From the human T2T-CHM13v2.0 reference genome, Homo sapiens: 64,000 nt of DNA. Shown in pieces: positions 54,614 to 64,000 of the stretch. The stretch is from NCBI RefSeq assembly GCF_009914755.1, contig NC_060930.1; one strand, 5' to 3'. How positions within the stretch are numbered: the stretch's first letter is position 1; the number at the start of each line of letters is the position of its first letter. The translations under genes and the position numbers were made by a program. Below the pieces are notes generated by a model. The model made no database searches and was not told the DNA's origin. It was given only the letters and a program-made list of their open reading frames with translations.

Positions 54614-57600
54614 CTACTCACTAGAAGCAAGAGCAACATCTCTTCGACAGATTGGTTGTGCTTTGACTGTTATTGTCATCCAGAGACCACCGCCTGCAAA
54701 AGCTGATTCCATATGACCTGAAAAGTGATTTGCTGTGCTCATTGAGGAAAGGGTTCCCAGGACTGAGTTTCTGGGTGTCTCTCTCTAGGACAAGTGGCAT
54801 TAGCAAGACCCCTGCAAGTGGCCACTGCTCCCTGTCCACCTGGCACATGCTCGTCACACAGTAGGTCCAGCAAGGACATCACCAAATGTCTGTTGAGTAA
54901 AGGGGGAGAAGGGGTGGGCCTATTTTGAACTTGGATGGAGTTTCGATTTCTTCAAGACCTTTCTATGCATGTGAGGTCCTTGCTAGTGTCTTTCTGGAGG
55001 CCATGCCTTCTTAAAACAGAGCCTTCCTTGCACTTCATAAGAGATAGTGACATGGATAGACAAAATCTACTGTTTAATAAATTTAGTGTGTCAATCAAAT
55101 CAGACTCAAAATACAGCCTTCAATCTAAATGACCCTGCCTATAGTTGAGGAAGTGAGGTACATGGTTTAGTTACAGCAGCAGACGAGGCTGAATGTAGCT
55201 GTGTGTCCAGGCAGTGGGCCAGGCCACACACTAAAAGGAACTCACTGTATCCTTCAACTGAGCCCAAGCCCAGATATAGTTTCAGCCTGGTCAGCAGTGG
55301 CTTCCCCGTGTCCTCTCAGCTAATCCTGGCACGGAGCATGTGGAGCTTGGAAGGCCTACGCAAGATAAAATGCACTCTGGAGCCGCGGTGTATTTTATCA
55401 CTGCCCGTGCACTCGTTGGGATACCTTGCAAAGGTGCTGATTTTCTAGGACTGGGAACCACACGGGGGGGCTCTTCCTGGAGTGCAAAGATGGCATAGAT
55501 ACAAAATTAAAAACAACTTATGTTCTGAGAATTAGTATCTGGAGAAAATGCAAGCCATTGTGCTACTTACCGTGACTAAAGTCAGTAAGGATGTAAAAAG
55601 GAGCCAACCAACTTCAGAATTAACAGCACATGTTTTACAAAATTTCAGAGCTCTTCAATTTAGTTCATTTTTTGCAGATGAGGAAACTGAGGCGCTATGG
55701 GAATTAAGTGAGTCTAAAGGGGTCACACGATTTGTAGTAAAACCTTGATTAGAACCCAGATCTTCTCATCTCACATTTTGATGCTAAAAAACAAAAACAA
55801 AAAACAAAAAGAACGCAGATTTTTCTAACTTCAGTTCAATTCCTGGACTGAAACTACTTTTTCTTTTCTTTTCTTTTTTTTTTTTTTGGTTTCAAGTGTT
55901 ACTAATGATACATTTTTTCCAAGATATTTATTCAGGTTTGTTATTTTGAAGTGACAGCCAATTGGAACTTTTTTCCCAAGGATTTTTTTTTCAGGGAAAA
56001 AAAAGATATATCACCACCATTGATAAACTATCACCTTCTGAGTTAGCCTTGATTCCTCCTCCTCCCCCTCCTCATCAACATCTAATCTGTCAGGAGGTCC
56101 TGTTCTATTGTTGAAATGCATTTTAAATCCATCTCCCACTGTAAAACTTCTGTTACAAGCCATTTCTTGCCTCGACTGTTGCAAAAGCCCTCCCATCCAT
56201 TCTCCATACTGAGACAGAATGTTTTTTTTTTTTTTAATTTTGAACTTTTTATCTTGAAATCATTATGGCTCACAGGGAGTTGCCAAAAGAAAAATCACTT
56301 TTTGGGTAAATGTTAAGATAGTTGTCTTTCTTTTTCTGTGTTCTGTTTTGTATCCTTAAGAAGGATTCAAACCCATCTCTCTCTATATACTACATGTCCC
56401 AAATAATACAATGTTGCCCTGATGATAAAAGTGTATGCTCACCCAATAGCTTGTGCTGCCTATATTTGCCTCAGCTTTCTCAGCCCCTCCCATGCAGGGG
56501 GACTTCATGACTGACCATGTTTAAGATTTGTCCTGAATGCATGGCTTCAGAATGCCCCTTGGTTAAGCAAGGACGCTGAAGATTTCATGCCACCTGGCCA
56601 TCAACATGAGATATCCTGGATTTATTAGGTCCTTTCAAAACTTTTTCTCTCCATCGCAAGCCCTTAGGATTCATTCCTATCATTTTTAAGTATGGAGGTT
56701 AATTTTTCTTCAAATGTAGCTGCCCAGAAACTCTCTTTTTCCTGTGAAGCCCAAATAAGCTCCTGAAGCTAGCTCTGGACCCCCGGTGGCAATGTTGTCG
56801 GAACGGGGGAACTTTCTTTTTATACTTTGAACCAAGGGAGTCTGCTGAGGTGACACAGGCCATTGGAAACACAGGCTATTCTGTGAAGGCTCCTTGATCA
56901 CATCATGCCCTGTGGGTGGACACCCTCCTTTGTAGGACCTGCCCTGGACAAGACTGAGAGGTAGAAGACACTTGCCTTTCCATTTCTCCCCAAGGTTCCC
57001 TCCGTTCGGGGCCATCCACAGATCTTTCTCCAGCTCCATCTCTCTCTGAAGCTGGCAGACAGGGACAGCCTCTCTTCATGTGTTCCACGTTTCCTTGTGT
57101 TACAATCTGGACTTCAGTGTTAATCCATTATTTCATTAAACACCCACTCATTGGGACACCTCTGGGCTGGGCTTAGACCCTGGGGATAAGAAGATGAAGG
57201 GCATGGAGGTTCAGGCCATTTCGGAACTTCCAGGTCCCTCAGGGAGGGCAGAGAAGTGGACAGGCAAGCCCAGGAACCCGTGAAGGCTGCCGTCCTGCTG
57301 TCAGTTATGTGTGTTGTGCAACCAAGACTCATAGATTTTCATCCCAGCAAAGCCAGCTGGGAAAGGAAAAGGGACAGTTGTGAGCTCTGAGAGTCAGCTT
57401 CCTTGAATTGTTCTTTGAGTTAAAATCAAAGCTGGCAATTAAGACTCTCCTACTACCAAGCTGTGGAACAAACTGTCCCAGGAGGCCCGACTTTCCCCTC
57501 TCCTCACCCTGCAAGCAGCAGCAGCTGGTGTCACCAAGGGGCAATGAGCGATTCCTCTCCCGAATCTCCTTAGTCACCCTGTATTGGGTTTTTCTCTTGC

Positions 57601-58450
57601 ACCTGCTGTGTCCTTGACTAAAATCCAGATGTAATCACAAGGACAGGAAATTCGGGCAGGCCCTTGGCATGGCCCGGGCACAGCCAACTGCAGTCAGAGG
57701 AGACCCTGGCAGAGGCCCCCATTTGCAGTCTCCATGTTCACCATCCTCTCCCCGTGACTGAGTGACGCCTGACGAGGGAGGTGGCCAGGGTTATCCTTAG
57801 GTTTATTAAAGTATACTTCATACTTTGCTGATTTTTCTCTTGTTTTCTTCATTGGAATTTAAAAATTCGAAAAATAGAAGCCATTTGTTCTCCCTTTATT
57901 CTGAAAGAAAACTATTGATAAAGAGCTTATGTTCCTTCCAGACATTTCTATTGCTCTCTCCTCACCCGGTGATTCTACTGAAGATAAAAATCTCATTGCT
58001 GGAAGCAGATGCACTCTGGGGCTGGAAATGCCTCGCTTTCTCTATTTCAGGTCATTGCGCAATGCAGATAGACCCAGGGGCTGCTTAGGGCTGGAGTGTA
58101 TGTTTATCTTCCTTGGAGTGTTTCAGGAGGATTAGAAGACACCGGGTGCCCAGGAAGAAACGAGAGTGCGGAGGTGGCAAGGCAGGGACTTCAGGGGCTG
58201 CATCTGCCCCACGTGCCCCCCGCCCTGTTTCTTGACTGTTCTGACAATCAGTTTCTTCACCTGCTAAATGGGGGCAATTCAAGTGCCTGCCTCACAAGTG
58301 ATTTGGACTACACATGTGCAGCACAAAGCCTAGGATCTGGCACTGTAAATCTCTTTGGAAATGTCAGCTACACTAGTTATTATACAACTTATTGACTGAC
58401 CTCAAATGTGAACAAAACATAAAGTAGAGACAAAGAAATGCTAAGACCAT

Positions 58451-58749
58451 GGCAGGGCGTGGTGGATCACATTTGTAATTCCAGCATTTTGGGAGGCCAA
58501 GGCAGGTGGATCACCGGAGGTCAAGAGTTCGAGATCATCCTGGCCAACATGGCGAAACCCCGTCTCTATTAAAAATACAAAAATTAGCTGGGTGTGGTGG
58601 CGCACGCCTGTAGTTCCAGCTATTCGGGAGGCTGAGGCAGGAGAACTGTTTGAACCTGGGAGTCAGAGGTTGCAGTGAGCCCAGATAGCACCACTGCACT
58701 TCAGCCTGGGCAACAGAGTGAGACTCCATATCAAAAAAAAAATAAAAGT
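58451..58749 (+). mobile_element. AluS
   Basis: 20-bp perfect TSD CAAAGAAATGCTAAGACCAT. Confidence 0.96.
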
Positions 58750-59102
58750 CAAAGAAATGCTAAGACCATATGTAATGCTTCTTTGATCGCCTCGAAGCCT
58801 AAAAAGAGCAGCAATCACAGCGCAATGGGGCAGACGACCCCCCCAGGCATCTGTGACCAAAGCCTCTCCACAGCCAAATGAGCCTTTCCCTCCCAGGAGT
58901 TCGGTGTCTGCCTGGTTATTGGCATCTCCCATCTTGGGTAAGATCACTCAGCTGGATCATCTCCAAAGCCCAGCTGCTCCCCTGTGGTCTCCTGGCAGCA
59001 GCTTCTGCAGATGCAGAACTGCACTGTGTGACCCAAGAGGAATGCACTCACCACGACAGTCAACCTTGAGTGAATGAGTGAGTGACAGCCAGAGTGGATG
59101 GA

Positions 59103-59287
59103 TCCCCAAAGTCCACTATACTTGGGAGGAAGGGTGGGAGGGAAGTGAAAGAGAAAAGACTACATATTGGGCGGCACAGTGTATACTACTCAGGGGACGG
59201 GTGCACTGACACCGCAGAAGTCACCACTAAAGAACTTGTCCACGCAACCAAAAACCACCTGTACCCCCAAAATTATTGAAATAAAAA
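59103..59287 (+). mobile_element. L1PB-like 3' UTR fragment with short 5' inversion
   Basis: aaaagactacatattggg...caccactaaagaactt...aaccaaaaaccacctgtacccccaaa...aaataaaaa; TSD AGAGT(G/A)GATGGATC. Confidence 0.9.
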
Positions 59288-59994
59288 AGAGTAGATGGAT
59301 CTTCTCTGCATCTTGGGGCCCTCTGAATGTAAAGCCTGAACAAAGCTACTCCTGGTGTTCTTAGCAGTATGTGAGTCAGGTTCCTATAGTAAAGCGATCT
59401 ATACCATATAACTGAGAAAACTAAAAAACAGGCCAGAAGCAGACTGAGGACAGGCCCAGCAGCTGGTGGGGGAGTGGAGCAGAATGAGAAGGGAGCTTGG
59501 GGGGAAAAAAGAGGTGTGGGCAGGCCAGGAGGCCTCCCCAGAGCCGTCAGACCCCCTAACCCCCGACTGTGGGCCTAGCTTCCCTTGGGGCCACATGGCT
59601 GCTGAGGGCCTGTTTCCTGTGCTGGGAGGACAGCTGGGTGATGGCCAACCTCAGGTATTCCCAGGAGAATTCACTCCATTTCATTCATCAGCTTCTCTCT
59701 GAGGTTGCAAAAATGGAAACACCCTGACCTGCCCAGCCTCTGTTCCCTGGCATCCTCTTTGCTAAGTTATTTCTTTGCACATTTGAAGAGTCCAGAGGAA
59801 CACAAAGCCACAGCCCCCATTTCTCTTTCCTCCCTGCTGCCTGCTGCAGGCTGGAGGCATCTGGGTGGGAGGGCACACTGGCAGCTCAGCAGGAAGGCAG
59901 GGCAAAGAGCCATGTGGGTGCTGGTGTTCTGTGACTCCTTCTAATCTCAAACATGTAGTTACCTTTCCCCATTTGCTCCCTCAGGTTCCAAGTG

Positions 59995-60785
59995 ACCTGG
60001 AGCCCTTCCAGGTGCCGGGAACAAAAAAGGCCAACAAAGTGGAAAAGCATTTCCTGCTCTCAGAGAGTTTCTATCCTGGAGAGAGAGACCGACAATAAAT
60101 ATTCACTGTCAAATGGCAATGAGTGTTACAAGCAAAATGGAAGCTGGGAAAGAGGTAAAACATCTGGAAGGGTTTCAGGTTGCAGTTTTAAATAGTGAAC
60201 AGGTGCCATCGGGCAGGGACTTGAAGAAGAAGGGAAGGGAGTGAGCCTGCAGATATAGGGGCAGAGAGATGTCAACCTACAGTCACAGGAGACAGCAAGT
60301 GCAAAGGCCCTGAGGTAGGAGGGGGCCCAGCCTTTTCAGGAAAAAGCCAAGAAGGCCCAGGTGTCTGGAGCAGAAGAAGTGAGGACACATGAGGAGAGGA
60401 TGAAGTTCCAAAGGTGAACTGGAGATGAAATAATGCAGGAACTTGTAGGATTTTGGCTTTTACGATGGGTAAGACGGAAAGCCAGCCAACTGTTTTGAGA
60501 GTGTTGTCATCTAAATTATGTTTAAAAGAATCGCACTGGCTGGTGTCCTGAGAATAGAACAGGAGGGGCAATAACAGAAGAACAGAGAAGAGTTCGGAGG
60601 CTAGTGCCTGAGGATGCTGGCTTGGACCAAGGATGGTGCAGGGGAGGTGGTGAGAAGTGGGTTAGCAGATGTGATTTTAAGAAAGCTGAAAGAGAGAGGG
60701 AGAAACTATTTTTCTGGGATGGTGAAAACCACAGAAAGAGCAGGTTTGGGAAAAAACAACAACAACAGGACTTCAGTGTTGAGCA
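59995..60785 (-). mobile_element. L2 LINE fragment
   Basis: cagcaagtgcaaaggccctgaggtagga...aggattttggcttttac...ggcttggaccaaggatggt. Confidence 0.78.
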
Positions 60786-60892
60786 GACCCTGCCTCACTA
60801 TTTGGGGCAGGAACCAAGAATGGCCATTGTTTAATGGCAGTTAAAGCCATTGGCCATATAATTACTTGCTCCCAATTTAAAATGTGACTAGG

Positions 60893-61203
60893 GGCCTGTT
60901 GTGGTGACTCACACCTGTAATCCCAGCACTTTGGGAAGCCGAGGCGGGAGGATCGCTTGAGGCCGGGAGCTTGAGATCAGACTGGACAACTTAATGAGAC
61001 CACGTTCTACCAAAAAAAAAAAAAAAAAAAATTAAAAATTAGGCGGGCGTGGTGGCGCATGCCTGTAGTCCCAGCTATTCAGGAGGCTGAGTCAGGAGGA
61101 CCACTTGAGCTCAAGAGTTCAAAGCTACAGTGAGCTATGAGTGCACCACTGTACTCCAGCCTGGGCAACAGAGTGAGACCGTCTCTAAAAAATAAAAAAA
61201 AAA
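60893..61203 (+). mobile_element. AluJ
   Basis: Full J-type dimer with expanded central A tract. Confidence 0.93.
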
Positions 61204-61338
61204 TGGCAGAAAGAAAGTACTGGAGAAAAAATTCACAGAACCTGAGATCTGGGGGAGACCCCTCTCTTAGGCCTGTTTTTTTCCCCTTTCTGTTTTAAAA
61301 ACCTTTTATCCATTTTTCTTTTTTATTCCAACAAACTT

Positions 61339-61482
61339 CAGTCTCCATAGAGACTGTCAAAAATTGCCAGTGCCGACTGTATTTCAAGTCGTCACGGCTG
61401 GGTATTGGGAAAAGTTTTCAATTAGCAATAATCGCCCCTCGGATAAACCTCATTGGCTCCGATACTGTCACTGTGCAAAGCT
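61339..61482 (-). pseudogene. Full-length U4 snRNA processed pseudogene (RNU4-nP; number unknown)
   Basis: Minus strand AGCTTTGCACAGTGACAGTATCGGAGCCAATGAGGTTTATCCGAGG...Sm site AATTTTTG...TCTCTATGGAGACTG, 144 nt; scattered substitutions; TSD TA(T/C)CCATTTTTCT. Confidence 0.96.
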
Positions 61483-61619
61483 TACCCATTTTTCTATGCC
61501 TGTTTTCCTCACTATAGCTTTTTGGAAATTTCTCTTTTGCTCCACTAGGAATTGGAGAGAAGAGGATTCGATGACAATCAGAGTCAGCATGAGTGTGGGT
61601 GCTGCCTGCTGCGTTTCTT

Positions 61620-61917
61620 TGGGACCCGGTGGGAGGTAATTGAATCCTGGGGGTGGGTCTTTCCTGTGCTATTCTCGTGATAGTGAATAAGTCTCATGAG
61701 ATCTGATGGTTTTATAAAGAGGAGTATCCCTGCATAAGCTCTCTCTCTCTCTTGCTTGCTGCCATGCAAGATGTGACTTTGCTCTTCATTCACCTTCTGC
61801 CATGATTGTGAGGGCTCCCCAGCCATGTAGAACTGTGAGTCCATTCAACTTCTTTTCTTTGTAAATTATCCAGTCTCATGTATGTCTTTATTAGCAGCTT
61901 GAGAGTAGACTAATAGA
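61620..61917 (+). mobile_element. THE1 LTR, 5' part missing
   Basis: gggaggtaattgaatc...gtgaataagtctcatgagatctgatggttttataaa...tctttattagcagc...actaat. Confidence 0.9.
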
Positions 61918-62499
61918 GAGGGTTTGAAACGGACAGCAGGAAAGCAAGGAGGAAGCTTTCTGCTGTGTGCCTCTTGACTTCCCCTCTCTGGGTTTTGGCC
62001 ATGGAGAAGATATTTTGGATAAGTTAAGGGCTACTTAAAAGTAGTTGATCTTGCCCTCTGACTAATTTAGGGGCCTGGAGTGGCTGATATCCAAGCCACT
62101 GCCACACCAGGCAAAGGGATGTCACAGATAAGTCAGTCAGAACCCCAGTAGTCAGATGCAGGCTCTCAGGAATCATTTTACCAGGATGCCTGAGGTCCTG
62201 ACGTGGCTTGTGCAGGGCCCAAAAGTAGCTGGGACTCAGGCTGAGGGCGCTGCCAGAGGAAAGCTCTATTTCTGGGCAGCATAAAGCCTGTGCCAAAGGA
62301 CCACAAACTAGGCTAAGTGGGAGTTTTGCCAGGCCTCTGGTAGGTCTACCGCACTGAGTAAGTGATAGTCTTCAGCCCTGAAGCCCCACCGGCCAGAGAG
62401 GCCCAGGATCAAAGGGAGAGGCAGAGGAGGAGGACACTGCCTGAGAGACCTAGCATTTTTATCAGAGACTGAACCCTGCCCTGGAGGCCCTGGCTCAGT

Positions 62500-62648
62500 G
62501 CCTTTCAAAGTTCCAGTTGCATGAAGGCCACCCGGAGATCTTACAAAATGCAGATTTGGATTCAGTAGGTCTACAGTGGGGCCTGAGACTGGCCAGCCCC
62601 CAGCTGAGGCTGGTGCCACTGGGCTCAGGCCTCACTTTGAATAGCAAG
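62500..62648. mobile_element. MER5A-like MITE
   Basis: aaaatgcagatttggattcagtaggtctacagtggggcctgaga...cactttgaatagcaag. Confidence 0.75.
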
Positions 62649-62771
62649 ATTCTTTGTTATTGGATCAAATCGCCGTTGAACTGGACTGGAATGTTAACAA
62701 TTTCTTCTATTAGGTAGTGGTGGAGACTCAGGGGGAGAACAAGAGTTGTAGACTCTTAACAGAAATATATA

Positions 62772-63197
62772 TATATTTGTCAGGGTTTTCCAGAGAAACG
62801 AAAACAATAAGATGAGGTTTATTATGAGAATTGGCTCATGCAATCGTGGAGGCTAAGAATTGCCATGACATATAATCTGCAAATTAGAGACCCAGGAAGG
62901 TCAATGGAGTAATTCAGACTGAGTCCAAAGGCTTCAGTTAGGAAGAAGGCGGGAGAACACTGATGTCCCAGCTCAAGGGGAGAGAGTGAAAATGTGCCTT
63001 TCTCTGGCTTTTTTGTTCTATTCAGGCCCTCAGTGAATTCGACATTGGTGAGGGCAGATCTTCTTCACTCAGTCCACTGATTCAAATGCTCATCTGCTTT
63101 GAAAACATCCTCACAGACGCACCCAGAAATAAGGCTTTACCAGTTTTCTGGACATTCCTTAACACAATCAAGTTGACAAATAAAATTAACCATTACA
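62772..63197 (-). mobile_element. MLT2D-like 3' LTR of an ERV-L provirus
   Basis: Minus strand starts TGTAATGGTTAATTTTATTTGTCAACTTGA and is preceded by polypurine tract AAGAGGTGGATT. Confidence 0.88.
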
Positions 63198-64000
63198 AAT
63201 CCACCTCTTATCAACCTGACACCCATATGTCCCTTAAAACATAATTAATCTCCAAATAAAGACAATAACAAGGTCATAATTTATCCCACAATGATACAAC
63301 TATCCTGCTTGCAACTGAAACTCACTAATCCCTTCCCTGGAAGAGGAGGTAAAGTTCTTGCATAAACTTTACTCTTTGGATATCCTGTAACTTCAATAAT
63401 ATGATGTAAAATTAACAATACTTCAATACTGATATAAAGTCAATACATCTTATGTTACATGATAAGGGAATAAGAGGAAAGAAAATAAAGATATTTACTT
63501 CATATAGGTGTATATATATATACACACAAACATATTGGGAACAAAATAAGGAGGAATACTCATGAAAATGACAGTCCTTTCTGTAACTGGTCACGTGGTC
63601 ATAGCTGGTGTTTATAACTACTTTCTTTTACTGCCCATTTTGTGTTCCCTAAGCCTTCAGCAAACACTTCACCTGGTAATGATTCTTCACCTGGTGGAGT
63701 GACCCAAATATTCATTCGTGAAGGATCTGGGCCATTTATAGCCCTGCCTGAATTGGGTTGCTGTAGTTTCCGTTGACCTTAATACTAAGAGACACACTAA
63801 GGGACCTTTTGCATTCTAGACATACTCTTTCTTATGTCCATGTTGAAGTAGCAGTCTGATTTCCTCTTGGCAGTGCAGATCAATCACCCCAGCCAGCATC
63901 ATTACTCCTCTCTTAGCCTGCTGACCCAGAGGCACGAGGAGTCCAAAGTGGCTGAATGGCAGTCTTAATTTCCAGTTCAATGAACTTGTGTCTGCTGGTG
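63198..64000 (-). mobile_element. ERV-L internal sequence (PPT, 3' region, decayed dUTPase), continues beyond window
   Basis: 63980-63816 translates LNWKLRLPFSHFGLLVPLGQQAKRGVMMLAGVIDLHCQEEIRLLLQHGHKKEYV*, matching ERV-L dUTPase motif AGVIDxDYxxEI. Confidence 0.9.

Noticed and set aside
61339-61482. Functional U4 snRNA gene
   Set aside because: Flanked by a TSD, no recognisable PSE/DSE upstream, and substitutions in the 5' U6-pairing region.

Overview
This is 64 kb of non-coding primate (very probably human) genomic DNA; AluY, LTR12 and THE1 insertions point to a catarrhine. I found no credible protein-coding exon. The long ORFs in the track come from simple repeats, Alus and LTRs. Very roughly half of the window is interspersed repeat: about 22 Alu/FRAM copies (many with readable target-site duplications, TSDs), about 18 LTRs or LTR fragments (MLT1, MLT2, MST, THE1, MER57B, MER21, LTR8, LTR12, LTR15-like, MER4A, LTR33), MIR/L2/L1 fossils and hAT DNA-transposon MITEs. 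It also holds a full-length U4 snRNA retropseudogene, the 3' end of an ERV-L provirus with a recognisable dUTPase remnant, and three long low-complexity tracts. Repeat subfamily names come from recalled consensus sequences, not a database run, and I could not identify the locus. I did not find a new biological system. The best observations are retrotransposition oddities (an 18-bp twin-priming inversion in an L1 tail, a U4 copy with a 3' extension, a 24-bp insert with a TSD, an unexplained 170-bp insert, nested and internally deleted Alus) and candidate regulatory elements (a perfect DR3, a repeat-free motif island, twin AP-1 sites, tandem CTCF-like motifs, divergent LTR12/LTR15 promoters).
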